Shown in pieces: positions 11,224 to 21,645 of a stretch of DNA of 64,000 bases; position 1 is the first letter of the stretch; every line of letters starts with the position of its first letter. Origin of the DNA: an uncultured delta proteobacterium (GTDB lineage: Bacteria; Desulfobacterota; Desulfomonilia; UBA1062); NCBI GenBank assembly GCA_963785235.1, contig CAWAUM010000013.1, forward strand, positions 1-64,000, read 5' to 3'. The position numbers and the translations under genes were made by a program. The notes under the pieces are model-generated. The model was not told the origin of the DNA. It worked only from the letters and a program-made list of their open reading frames with translations, and ran no database searches.

Positions 11224-11837
11224 ATGGAAAAGATACTTACCTTTACAAAGAAAAACCGTATCTTCTGTCACGGGTGCTCATCGGCTGCGTGGTTCTGCTT
11301 ATGATTTTCTCAAGGCCTGTCTGGCAGCCGGGGTTAGCAGCACATATGGCAATCGAGTTGCTGGCCTTTGTCCTGGTTCTGTTCGCTGCCTTCGGCAGGC
11401 TCTGGGCCTTGAGTTATATCAGCGGCCACAAGACCAGGGACCTGATCACCGAGGGGCCCTATTCCATCATGAGAAACCCCTTGTACTTCTTCAGCCTCTG
11501 CGGGGCATTGGGCATCTGCATCCTCTCCAAGAGCATCCTCGTTTCGGGCTCCATCCTGCTGGCCTTTGCCGTCTACTACCCCCTGGTCATCCGGGCCGAG
11601 GAAGAAAATCTGGCACAGGTCCACGGCGAAAGTTTCAGGCAATATTGTTCCGTGGTGCCGTCATTCATCCCGAAAATATCCCTGTTTCATGAGCCTAAGG
11701 ATTATCCGGTCAATGCACGGCTCTTCAGGCGGACGTTTTTCAGCGTCATGTGGTTCCCGCTGGCATTCATCCTCATCCATTTCCTCGGGCACCTGCAGGA
11801 AATGGGACTCGTGCCCGTACTGCTCTCCATTCCCTAG
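11224..11837 (+). CDS. isoprenylcysteine carboxyl methyltransferase/PEMT family membrane protein (probable 5' frameshift)
   Basis: LITEGPYSIMRNPLY, EEE.L...G..F..Y...VPSFIP; upstream ATG at 11224 is out of frame. Confidence 0.85.
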
Positions 11838-11901
11838 CTTGCATCCTTTCAAGCATAACGATATATAATTTAAACATTCTTATCATACCCGGAGGATTGG
11901 C

Positions 11902-12873
11902 ATGTTCCCAGAAAACAGACCCCGCAGGCTTCGCCGAACGGATACGCTCAGAAGGATGGTCAGGGAGACGCGTGTCCATGTGGATAACCTCGTCTATCCC
12001 CTCTTTATAAAGGAGGCCTCCTCGCTGAAAGAGCCCATTGATGCCATGCCCGGCCAGTTCCGGTATTCACCTGATCTGCTGCCCAAGCTTGCAAAACAGC
12101 TTTCCGCCCAGAAGATCCCGGCAATCCTGCTCTTCGGCATACCGAAAAAGAAAGACCCCGAGGGCACCTCGGCCCACCATAAAGACGGTGTGGTCCAGCA
12201 GGCCATAAGGCGCATCAAGGATGCAGCACCCGAGATCATGGTCATCACGGATGTGTGCCTGTGCGAGTACACGGACCACGGCCATTGCGGCATCCTGGAT
12301 GAGTCCGGCCAGGTGAGCAACGACGACACCCTGGAACTGCTTTCTACCGTGGCGCTATCGCATGCCAAGGCAGGCGCGGACATCATCGCGCCGTCCGACA
12401 TGATGGACGGCCGCGTGGGCATCATCCGCGAATCGCTCGATGAAAACGGATATGAACACCTCCCCATCCTGAGCTATGCCGTGAAATACGCCTCGTGCTT
12501 CTATGGCCCCTTCCGTGAGGCGGCGGGCTCAACACCATCTTTCGGTGACAGGAAAGGCTATCAGATGGACCCGGCAAATGTGCGCGAGGCCATGCGCGAA
12601 GCCGCATACGATATCGAGGAGGGCGCGGACATGCTCATGGTGAAGCCGGCGCTGCCCTATCTGGATGTCATCCGCCTTGTTGCCGACGAATTCGACTGCC
12701 CTTTGGCGGCATACCAGGTCTCGGGCGAATACTCCATGATCAAGGCTGCCTGCGAGAGGGGATGGATGAACGAAGACGCGTGCATACTGGAGTCAGCCAC
12801 CTCTATCAAGCGTGCAGGTGCGGACATCATCATCACCTACTTTGCGCCGAGGCTGGCCGAACTGCTCGCATGA
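11902..12873 (+). CDS. hemB: porphobilinogen synthase
   Basis: RPRRLR, DVCLCEYTDHGHCG, APSDMMDGRV, YQMDPAN, MVKPA, AYQVSGEY. Confidence 0.97.
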   Translation: MFPENRPRRLRRTDTLRRMVRETRVHVDNLVYPLFIKEASSLKEPIDAMPGQFRYSPDLLPKLAKQLSAQKIPAILLFGIPKKKDPEGTSAHHKDGVVQQAIRRIKDAAPEIMVITDVCLCEYTDHGHCGILDESGQVSNDDTLELLSTVALSHAKAGADIIAPSDMMDGRVGIIRESLDENGYEHLPILSYAVKYASCFYGPFREAAGSTPSFGDRKGYQMDPANVREAMREAAYDIEEGADMLMVKPALPYLDVIRLVADEFDCPLAAYQVSGEYSMIKAACERGWMNEDACILESATSIKRAGADIIITYFAPRLAELLA

Positions 12874-13859
12874 AACTGCCGAACATCCTCGCCTGGGAGC
12901 TCACCAAGGCATGCAACCTGAACTGCATGCACTGCAGGGCCTCGGCCACAAACATCCCCGGCCCTGACGAGCTTACAACCCATGAAGGGTTTGCCCTGCT
13001 TCGCGATCTTTTCAAAGGAGGCACAAGGCTTGTCATCCTCTCGGGCGGCGAGGCCCTTGCCCGCAGTGATGTGTTCGAGATCGCCTCATACGGCACCTCC
13101 CTGGGCCTTCGCATGACGCTGGCCACCAACGGCTCCCTGGTGACACCGCTGGTCGCCCTGAAAATGAAGGAATCCGGCATTGCCCGGGTCTCCGTGAGCC
13201 TCGACGGCGTGACAAGCGACTGTCCATGACACCTTCCGGGGGCTGCCCGGTGCCTTTGACATGGCCTTGCGGGGTATCCGGATACTCATCGATGCAGGTG
13301 TTCCCGTACAGGTCAACACCACGGTAGCGGCCATGAATATCTCCCAGATGAAGCGGTTCCCGGATTCTTGAAGGATCTGGGCGTTATGGCATGGCATGTG
13401 TTCTTCCTTGTTCCCACCGGCAGGGGAGAGCACGTCGAACCTGCCAAGATCAGGCAGTACCGCGACATGCTCGAAGACTTCCACGCCACGTCAAAGAGTG
13501 CCGCCATCGAATGCAAGGCCACCTGCGCCCCGCAATACTACCGCATGCTCGTGGAAAAGGAAGGATCAAGCCCCACCAAGGGCTGCCTGGCAGGCACCGG
13601 ATTCGGTTTTGTCTCAGCCTCCGGCACGGTGCAGCCCTGCGGCTTTCTCCAGATCGACTGCGGCAACATACGCAATCAACCTATTGCCGACATCTGGGCC
13701 GGTTCGCAATTGCTCATGGGGTTAAGGGATGAGGGCAACCTGAAGGGAAAGTGCGGCTCATGCAGGTTTGTCACGGTCTGCGGCGGCTGCCGGGCCAGGG
13801 CCTATGAGGTCCATGGCGACGCCATGGAGGTGGATTCCATATGCTGGTACCCGGGGTGA
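12870..13859 (+). CDS. ahbD: radical SAM/SPASM heme b synthase-like (NirJ/AhbD family; frameshifts near 13225 and 13360)
   Basis: AWELTKACNLNCMHCRASA, SGGE, KATCAPQYYR, GCLAGTGF, KCGSC..VCGGCRARAY; between hemB and ahbA. Confidence 0.75.
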
Positions 13860-13868
13860 AAGATCCAT

Positions 13869-14315
13869 ATGGACACCATTGACCGCAAGATCCTCACTAT
13901 CATCAACAATACGCTCCCTATTGCTGAACGGCCGTTTAAGGTCGTTGCTGAAGAAGTTGGTATCTCTGAGAAAGAGACGATTGACCGCATAGAAAAACTG
14001 AAAGCCGTCCATATCATCAGAAGGATCGGGGCTGTCATTAATCCCGGGGGCATCGGCTGGCAGTCAACACTATGCGCTGTTCATGTCCCGACAGAACGCC
14101 TTGAAGAATTTGCGGCACTCGCAGGCAGGTATGATGAGGTTACACACAACTACGTGAGGGACGGGCAACCCAACTGCTGGTTCACGATCATTGCACCGAG
14201 CAAAGAGCGCCTCATCGAGATCATTCGTGAAATTGAGCAGACCCTGGATACTAAAATCCTCAACCTCCCGGCCAGCAAGGTCTTCAAGATCAGGGTAGCC
14301 CTGGATATTTCTTAA
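13869..14315 (+). CDS. ahbA: siroheme decarboxylase subunit (AsnC/Lrp-like, NirDL/AhbA family)
   Basis: DRKIL...PIAERPF, IIRRIGA, STLCA, VTHNYVR, WFT, FKI. Confidence 0.8.
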   Translation: MDTIDRKILTIINNTLPIAERPFKVVAEEVGISEKETIDRIEKLKAVHIIRRIGAVINPGGIGWQSTLCAVHVPTERLEEFAALAGRYDEVTHNYVRDGQPNCWFTIIAPSKERLIEIIREIEQTLDTKILNLPASKVFKIRVALDIS

Positions 14316-14326
14316 TTTCTAAGAAT

Positions 14327-15718
14327 ATGACACATACCCACGACATCTTCCTCGATCATGCAGCCACCACGCCTGTGCACCCCGAGGCCCTGGGGTTGAT
14401 GCTGCCTTATTTCGGGAATCACTTCGGAACGCCATCCATGCCTTTTGGTTTCGGCGACAAGCCCAGGGCAGCCATCGACCAGGCCCGTTCACGGGTTGCC
14501 CAGCTCATAGGGGCCTCTAAGCATGAGATAATCTTCACATCCTCCGGCACAGAGGCCAACAACCTGGCCATACTGGGGGTTGCTTCCATGCAGAAAGACA
14601 AAAGGCATATCATTACCAGCACCATTGAGCATGTTTCAGTGCTGAATACTGTGCGCCATCTACAAGAAACAGGATTCGTGGTGACCGAGCTCGGGGTGGA
14701 TGAAACCGGGTTTATTGACCCTGCCAACGTTGAATCGGCCATTAGGGACGATACCTTTCTCATCAGTGTCATGCACGCATGTAATGAGACCGGGGCCATT
14801 CAGAACATCGAAGCCATCGGACGTATTGCACACGACAGGGGTATATCCTTCCATTGCGACTCCGTCCAGTCTGCAGGCAAGATTCCCGTCAACGTACATA
14901 CCATGAACGTTACCATGCTGAGTATCTCCTCGCACAAGCTCTACGGACCAAAAGGCGCCGGTGCATTGTACGTGAAACAAGGCACAGCCATCTCCCCGGT
15001 CTTTTTCGGATCGGACCAGGAAAAGGGGCTGAGGCCCGGCACCATCAATATGCCATGCATTATCGGGTTCGGCCTGGCTTGCGAGAAGGCTTTGCTTGAT
15101 ATGGAAAAGAATGCCCGGCACATTGCATATCTGAGAGACACCCTCGAACAAAAACTGATGGGTCAAATCCCGGACATGAAAATAAACGGTGCGGAAACAC
15201 CACGCCTGCCCCACATATCGAGCATATCCTTTGCCGGAATCCAGGCGGATGCCCTGGCTGCCTGGCTCGACCTCTATGGTGTAACGGTCTCTGCCAGAAC
15301 GTCATTTTTCTCGAAGATGTCTTCCCAAACCATGACAGAGCTTACTATCAATCCCAATCTCACATTCGGGACCATCCGGTTCAGTCCTGGATGGGAAAAC
15401 TCCCAGGAGGAGATCCACCGGGTCATAGAGACCACAGCACATGCTGTTTCGGGCATGAGGGCGCTCACTCTTCATTTGGAAGGCGATGAGGCCTGCTTAG
15501 TAACGTTTGCTGCCAAGAAGCAACTTCTCCCTGCCCTTACCTTCATGGAAAAGCAATGCATCCCATGTGCCGTTTCGGTGCGGCCTGCGGAATTCGCTCA
15601 CATTGCAGGACCTGAGGCTGTCATCGCCATACCCTGCAGCCGCAGGGATGAGACGGGCAGGTTCCTGGGCTCAAAAGGCATCGACATCACCGGCATGCAC
15701 CACATCAAGTGCCTGTGA
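14327..15718 (+). CDS. cysteine-desulfurase-like PLP enzyme lacking the catalytic Cys, fused to a DUF3343-like C-terminal domain
   Basis: LDHAATTP, FTSSGTEANN, IEH, DSVQ, SSHKLYGPKG present; SxGSAC loop reads SARTSF; C-terminal CLVTF...RP...GIDITG. Confidence 0.8.
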   Translation: MTHTHDIFLDHAATTPVHPEALGLMLPYFGNHFGTPSMPFGFGDKPRAAIDQARSRVAQLIGASKHEIIFTSSGTEANNLAILGVASMQKDKRHIITSTIEHVSVLNTVRHLQETGFVVTELGVDETGFIDPANVESAIRDDTFLISVMHACNETGAIQNIEAIGRIAHDRGISFHCDSVQSAGKIPVNVHTMNVTMLSISSHKLYGPKGAGALYVKQGTAISPVFFGSDQEKGLRPGTINMPCIIGFGLACEKALLDMEKNARHIAYLRDTLEQKLMGQIPDMKINGAETPRLPHISSISFAGIQADALAAWLDLYGVTVSARTSFFSKMSSQTMTELTINPNLTFGTIRFSPGWENSQEEIHRVIETTAHAVSGMRALTLHLEGDEACLVTFAAKKQLLPALTFMEKQCIPCAVSVRPAEFAHIAGPEAVIAIPCSRRDETGRFLGSKGIDITGMHHIKCL

Positions 15719-15864
15719 AGCTCAGAAAGCGAGAAAGAAACCCGGTTCCCGGAGGCGGTCTCGCAGATTAAGTAAGACCAAAGAATCCTTGAACAGGGAC
15801 CTGAAATACGCTTGTTATTTAATCAGATCCTTCCTATGATGTAAGGGATTGTGATCATGTCGCT

Positions 15865-17490
15865 ATGCAGAAAAAAGAAGTTCTACTATTGATACTTGCC
15901 CTTGCCCTGCTCTTGGTGGGCATCTTCGATCACTCTCTGTGGACGCCCGATGAGCCGCGCGTGGCAGACATATCCCGCACCATGGCCATAACCGGGGATT
16001 ACCTCATCCCCCACATCGGGGCAGATCCGTTCCTGGAGCAGCCGCCTTTGTACTATGCGGTTACCGGCCTCTTCTGGAAGGCCCTGGGCACAGGCAATGA
16101 GGGCTTCGGCAGACTTTCTTCGGTCCTGTTCAGCCTGGGCACTCTCATGGTGATGTTCTTCGGGGTACGATCCCTCTATGGGCGAAATACCGCCGTGTTG
16201 TCATCACTGATCCTTGCCACCACAATCGGGTTCTTCACCATATCGCACAAGATGATCGTGGACACCGCCCTTGCCTTCTTTATCACCGGGGCATTGTTCG
16301 CGTTCCTGTCTGCCTACCGGGCTTCCTTCAAGCAGGGATATCCCCTTTTCTGGCTGTGCCTGGCAGGGGCCTTTCTCACCAAGGGCATCATCGGGTTCGC
16401 TATCCCTGGGATTGCGGTAGTCCTGTTCGTGCTCTGGCAGAAGGATTTCGCCGTCATTAAGCGGGCCTGGGTGCTGCCCGGGATAACCCTGCTGGTTGCC
16501 ATTCTCTCTTTCTGGGCTTACATCCTGTATCAACGTGGCGGAACGGACTTCCTCTACACCTTCTTCCTGTACAACAACCTCGGGAGATTCATTGATGTGG
16601 GCATCTATCAGGGGGGGCACGAACGGCCCTTTTACTACTATATCCCTGTCCTCTTCACCGAGGGTATGCCGTGGTCCATCCTTCTTATCCCTGCGCTGGT
16701 CTTCCTGAAAAAACCCGATATGAGGTTGCGGTTCTTTTACTGCTGGTTTATCGGCGGGATCTTGCTCCTCTCCCTTGCCTCAACAAAACGCGGCCTCTAC
16801 CTGCTCCCCATGTACCCTGCCATGGCGGTTATGGTCTCTGTCTGGTTTGAAAAGACACTGAAAGTAACGGCTTCACAGTGGGAGCACCGCTGGCTCGGAA
16901 TAACCGCAACCTTTGTGGGGCTTGCCGGCCTTGCCCTGCCCCTGGTATATGTAATTCTCGGCGGATCTATACCAGCGGCCATAATCGTATTTCTCCTTTC
17001 CATGACAATACTGGCCGCCGTGTTCAAAAGATTGCCGCTGACCCTGCCGGAGCGGCTTGTGGCAGGATGGTCGGTGCTGCTTGTTGCCTGGTCGACATTG
17101 TTCTTCTATCAGGTAGACACCTTCAAGAGCTACAAGCCCTTCTTCCAGGAGGCGGGCAGGCTGGTGGGCAGCGAAACAGTCATGGGCCTTGACCTCACCG
17201 AGACCGCGCTGGCCATGAGCTCCTTCTACGGCGGGTTTGCACCGGAGAACGTGACTGACCGCGAGAAGTTCATAGAGAAACTTGTCGCAGGCAAGACCCG
17301 CTATGTCCTTTTCCTGCGGAGAAAAAAAGATGATGAACTGGGGCGTCTTCTGGAAACGAAAGGCCGGATGCTTTTACACATTGACAACAGGATTATGGAC
17401 AGTATACGCATCCCGAAATCAATGGGCCTGAATCCTGTCTCGGCCAATAAGGAAACCGTGAGGCCCACTGAGCTGTGGCGCCTTTTATGA
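15865..17490 (+). CDS. arnT: ArnT-like GT-C glycosyltransferase (L-Ara4N transferase)
   Basis: LWTPDEPRVA, FLEQPPLYY, LTKG, H..PFYYY, TKRGLYLLPMYPA; heads the arn operon. Confidence 0.85.
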   Translation: MQKKEVLLLILALALLLVGIFDHSLWTPDEPRVADISRTMAITGDYLIPHIGADPFLEQPPLYYAVTGLFWKALGTGNEGFGRLSSVLFSLGTLMVMFFGVRSLYGRNTAVLSSLILATTIGFFTISHKMIVDTALAFFITGALFAFLSAYRASFKQGYPLFWLCLAGAFLTKGIIGFAIPGIAVVLFVLWQKDFAVIKRAWVLPGITLLVAILSFWAYILYQRGGTDFLYTFFLYNNLGRFIDVGIYQGGHERPFYYYIPVLFTEGMPWSILLIPALVFLKKPDMRLRFFYCWFIGGILLLSLASTKRGLYLLPMYPAMAVMVSVWFEKTLKVTASQWEHRWLGITATFVGLAGLALPLVYVILGGSIPAAIIVFLLSMTILAAVFKRLPLTLPERLVAGWSVLLVAWSTLFFYQVDTFKSYKPFFQEAGRLVGSETVMGLDLTETALAMSSFYGGFAPENVTDREKFIEKLVAGKTRYVLFLRRKKDDELGRLLETKGRMLLHIDNRIMDSIRIPKSMGLNPVSANKETVRPTELWRLL

Positions 17491-17520
17491 ACCTTTACAA
17501 CCTTTGGGAGTTACATAAAA

Positions 17521-18643
17521 ATGGATGACTTCATCCCCATGAGCAAGCCTTTTTTCGGCAATGAAGAGATCGAGGCCGTGACCGAGGTCATAAAATCAGG
17601 ATGGGTGACGACCGGCCCCAAATGCGTCCGGTTTGAAGAAGATTTCGCCCGGTACACGGGTTGCGCCCATGCCCTTGCCCTCAGCTCGGGCACGGCAGGG
17701 ATGCACCTTTTGCTCAAGGCAATGGGTATTGGCAAGGGCGACGAGGTCATCACGCCTTCCATGACCTTTGCATCCACCGTGAACCAGGTTGTGCTCTCAG
17801 GAGCCAAGCCCGTATTTGTTGATATTGACTACGGCACGCTGCTGGTGAAACCCGACGCATATCGCCAAGGCCATCACCAAGAGGACCAAGGCCGTTATCC
17901 CCGTTCACTTCGCCGGTGCGCCTGCGGACATGGATGCCATTGAGCAGGTCTGCGGAGCGATACCCATCATCGAGGATGCCGCCCACGCCATCGGCACCTT
18001 TTACAAAGGATCCCATATCGGGGCAAGCAACCTGGCCGTGTTTTCGTTCCACCCCATCAAAAACATCACAACAGCAGAAGGCGGCATGGTTACAGGCGGA
18101 TCACAGGTGCTCATGGATAAGCTGAAGCTGCTGAAATTCCACGGCATAGAGCGCGATGCCTGGAAGCGCTACGGCAAGGCATCAGACCCCACTTATGACA
18201 TCGAGGAGCCGGGATTCAAGTATAACCTGACTGACCTGCAGGCAGCGCTCGGTATTGTGCAGTTGAACAAGATCAATGAGATCAATGCCAGACGGACCCA
18301 TATAGCACTGCGCTATATGGAAGGCCTATCCCAGGTCAAGGGTCTCGATCTGCCGGGTGTGCCTGCCTACAACCATGTCCATTCCTGGCATCTCTTTGTG
18401 GTCAAGACACGATCCGTTGACAGGAAAATGCTCATGGCCGAGCTTGCAGAGCGTAATATCGGCTACGGTCTTCACTTCCCGGCATGCCACACCCTGAAAT
18501 ATATCAGGAAGCTCTCTGGAAAGATTACCCTGCCTGAGACCGAGGCAGCAGCGGAACGCATCTTAAGCCTTCCCTTATATCCTTCTCTGGAAGAACCACA
18601 GGTGAACAGGGTAATAACCGCACTTAAGGAGATATTCGGGTGA
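17521..18643 (+). CDS. arnB: UDP-4-amino-4-deoxy-L-arabinose aminotransferase (frameshift near 17858)
   Basis: SGWVTTGPK, SSGTAGMHL, EDAAHA, FSFHPIKNITTAEGG, PGFKYNLTDLQAALG. Confidence 0.9.
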
Positions 18644-18675
18644 AACGAATCAACTTCCGCAACGTCATGAAAAGA

Positions 18676-18702
18676 CTGGATTCCCGCTTCCGCGGGAATG
18701 AC
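18676..18702. repeat. REP-like short palindrome
   Basis: CTGGATTCCCGCTTCCGCGGGAATGAC, a common GTCATTCCCGC..GCGGGAATCCAG-type intergenic element. Confidence 0.65.
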
Positions 18703-18779
18703 AACTGGAGAGTTCTGCAATGGCCTCCCATGTACATACCAAACTTTCCCTATACCCTAGGGCAGGAGGCGACACGCGC

Positions 18780-19709
18780 ATGAACCAGCCCAGGATCTCG
18801 GTAATCATACCGGTTTACAATGAAGAGCAGGTGCTCCCGAAACTCTTTGAACGGCTCATGCCGGCCATGGAAGCAATGAACAGGGATTATGAGGTGATCC
18901 TCGTTGATGACGGCAGCAGGGACAACTCCCTGGGGATCCTCCGCAGCCATGCATCCGAGCGCGTCATCATTGTAGAGCTTTCCCGCAACTACGGCCAGCA
19001 TGCGGCCGTGTTCGCCGGATTCGAGACCAGCACCGGCGAGATCGTGGTCACCTTAGACGCGGACCTCCAGAACCCGCCCGAAGAGATACCGCGCCTGGTG
19101 GATACGATGGAGAAGGGCAACTACGAGGTGGTGGGAACGGTACGCATGATGAGGCAGGACACGTCTTTCAGGAAGACGGCCAGCAGGATCGTCAATGCCT
19201 TTACCCGCCGCATCACCGGCGTGCACCTTTCCGACTGGGGGTGCATGCTCCGGGCATACAGAAGGCACGTGGTGGACTACATGCTTGCGAGCCAGGAGCA
19301 TTCCACCTTCATCCCTGCTCTGGCCACCAGCTTCGCCAAGGACATCACCGAGATCGAGGTGAGGCATGAGGAACGCTTTGCAGGCGAGTCCAAGTATTCG
19401 CTCTCAAAGCTCATCGCGCTGCAATTCGACCTGGTGACCTCTTTTTCAGACTTCCCCTTAAAGGCAATGCTCTATACCGGGATTATCCTGGCCTTCCTCG
19501 GCATGGGCTTCGGCACATTTCTTGCGGTGGCCAGGCTCGCATTCGGGGCCGAATGGGCGGCGCAAGGCATCTTCACCCTGTTTGCCGTGCTGTTCTTCTT
19601 TGTGGGGGCACAGTTCCTGGCGTTCGGCATCATGGGCGAATACGTGGGCAGGATCTACCGGGAGGTGAAGAAACGCCCGCCTTATACCATAAGGAAGGTG
19701 TACCGTTGA
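18780..19709 (+). CDS. arnC: undecaprenyl-phosphate Ara4FN transferase (GT2)
   Basis: SVIIPVYNEE, VDDGSRD, RNYGQHAA, TLDADLQNPPEEIP, D.GCMLRAYRR; GGAGG RBS before ATG 18780. Confidence 0.92.
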   Translation: MNQPRISVIIPVYNEEQVLPKLFERLMPAMEAMNRDYEVILVDDGSRDNSLGILRSHASERVIIVELSRNYGQHAAVFAGFETSTGEIVVTLDADLQNPPEEIPRLVDTMEKGNYEVVGTVRMMRQDTSFRKTASRIVNAFTRRITGVHLSDWGCMLRAYRRHVVDYMLASQEHSTFIPALATSFAKDITEIEVRHEERFAGESKYSLSKLIALQFDLVTSFSDFPLKAMLYTGIILAFLGMGFGTFLAVARLAFGAEWAAQGIFTLFAVLFFFVGAQFLAFGIMGEYVGRIYREVKKRPPYTIRKVYR

Positions 19710-20621
19710 GGGCCGTGGTGTTCGCCTACCATAACATGGGGCTCGTAGGCATCAGGAGTCTTAGGAATGCCGGCTTTGAGATCCCCCTGGTCTTTTCCCA
19801 CGAGGATGACCCGGGCGAGAATATTTGGTTCGGCTCGGTGAGTGAGTTGTGCCATGAACTGGCTATCAATTGCGTCCTTCCGAGAAACCCCAACCAGTAC
19901 GGGTGGATCGAACGGATCAGGTCGGTCAAACCGGACATCATCTTCAGCTTCTATTACCGGCACATGCTCACACCCGCGATCCTTACCATCCCGAGGCTCG
20001 GGGCCTATAACCTCCACGGCTCATATCTGCCTGCATACCGTGGCCGGTGCCCGGTGAACTGGGTTATCATCAAAGGGGAACAGACCACGGGCGTTACCCT
20101 GCACGAAATGGTTGAAAAGCCCGATGCCGGCCCTATCGTGGCCCAGAAAAAAGTTGATATCACCCATGAGGATACAGCGCTTTCCCTCTTTAATAAACTG
20201 GAACGCTCTGCCGATGCACTCCTTGCCGAGATCCTGCCGCACATGATCATCGGAGACATCCCCAAGACTCCCATGGACCTTTCCCAAGGCTCTTACTATG
20301 GCGGCAGGAAACCCGAAGACGGCCGCATCTGCTGGGACAGGCCCTGTCGAGGAGATCTATAACCTCATCCGCGCCGTTACCCGCCCCTACCCCGGGGCCT
20401 TCGGTTTTGTCGGCGATGATATGGTCATTTTCTGGTGGGCTGTGCCTGTCAATGAGATCACCATGGAGCCTGGCAAAATCGATATTCACAAAGATACTGT
20501 TTTGATCGGGACAGGCGATGGATGTATAAGGCCCCTTGAGATAGAGGTGAGCGGCAGGACGTTGAAGGATGCACCCCTGCAGAAGTATTTCAAAGATCAC
20601 GAAGGAGAAATCGTACAATGA
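19706..20621 (+). CDS. UDP-L-Ara4N formyltransferase (ArnA N-terminal half as a separate gene; frameshift near 20345)
   Basis: AVVFAYHNMG, FSFYYR, NLHGSYLPAYRGRCPVNW, YNLIRAVTRPYPGAF. Confidence 0.88.
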
Positions 20622-21645
20622 AGGTACTTATTCTGGGTGTGAACGGATTCATCGGCTCGCATTTAAGCGAGCGGATCATGCTGGAAACGGACTGGGAACG
20701 TCTATGGCATGGACCTGGGAGACAACAAGCTCAAAGGTGTAATCAACAACGACCGGTTCCACTTCATCGAGGGCGACATCGCCATCAACAAGGAATGGAT
20801 CGAATACCACATCAAAAAATGCGACGTGGTGCTGCCGCTGGTGGCCATTGCCACCCCCAAGACCTATGTGGAGCGTCCATTGAGCGTGTTCGAGCTGGAC
20901 TTCGAGGAAAACCTGCGCATCATCCGAGCAGTGCGTGAAATACAACAAGCGGGTGATCTTTCCCTCAACCTCAGAGGTATACGGCATGAGCACTGATGAG
21001 GCCTTTGACGAATACAGCTCCCCGCTCATACTGGGGCCCATCCCCATGCAGCGCTGGATCTACTCATGTTCCAAGCAGCTTCTGGACCGGGTCATCTGGG
21101 CCTATGGCACCAGGGACGAGCTCGACTTTACCCTGATAAGGCCCTTCAACTGGATCGGCCCGAGGCTGGATTCCCTGGAGACGGCAAAGGAAGGTTCGTC
21201 ACGGGTGGTCACCCAGTTCATCGCATCGCTGGTCTTCAGGACCCCCATCGCCCTGGTGGACGGCGGCATGCAGAGCAGGTCCTTCACCTATATAGACGAC
21301 GGCATCGGCGCGCTCATGAAGATCCTTCACAATGAGGGCAAAAAGGCGAGCAAGCAGATCTTCAACATCGGCAACCCGGCCAATAATCTATCCATCAAGG
21401 ACCTTGCCCACAGGCTGCTTGAGATGTTCAAGCAGCACCCGGACCATATGAAAGACACGACCTTTTCCGAGATCATCATCACGCCCTCGGGTGAATTCTA
21501 CGGCGCCGGCTACCAGGACATCCAGACCAGGGTCCCTTCCATTAAAAACGCCATGGAACGCCTTGGATGGGAGCCCAAGGTGGGCCTTGATGAGGCGCTG
21601 AAGCGGACACTTGACAGCTTCCTTGAAGAGACAGCAGCTTCATAA
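20618..21645 (+). CDS. UDP-glucuronate 4-dehydrogenase/decarboxylase (ArnA C-terminal half; frameshifts near 20700 and 20930)
   Basis: [65 protein letters not shown]. Confidence 0.9.
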
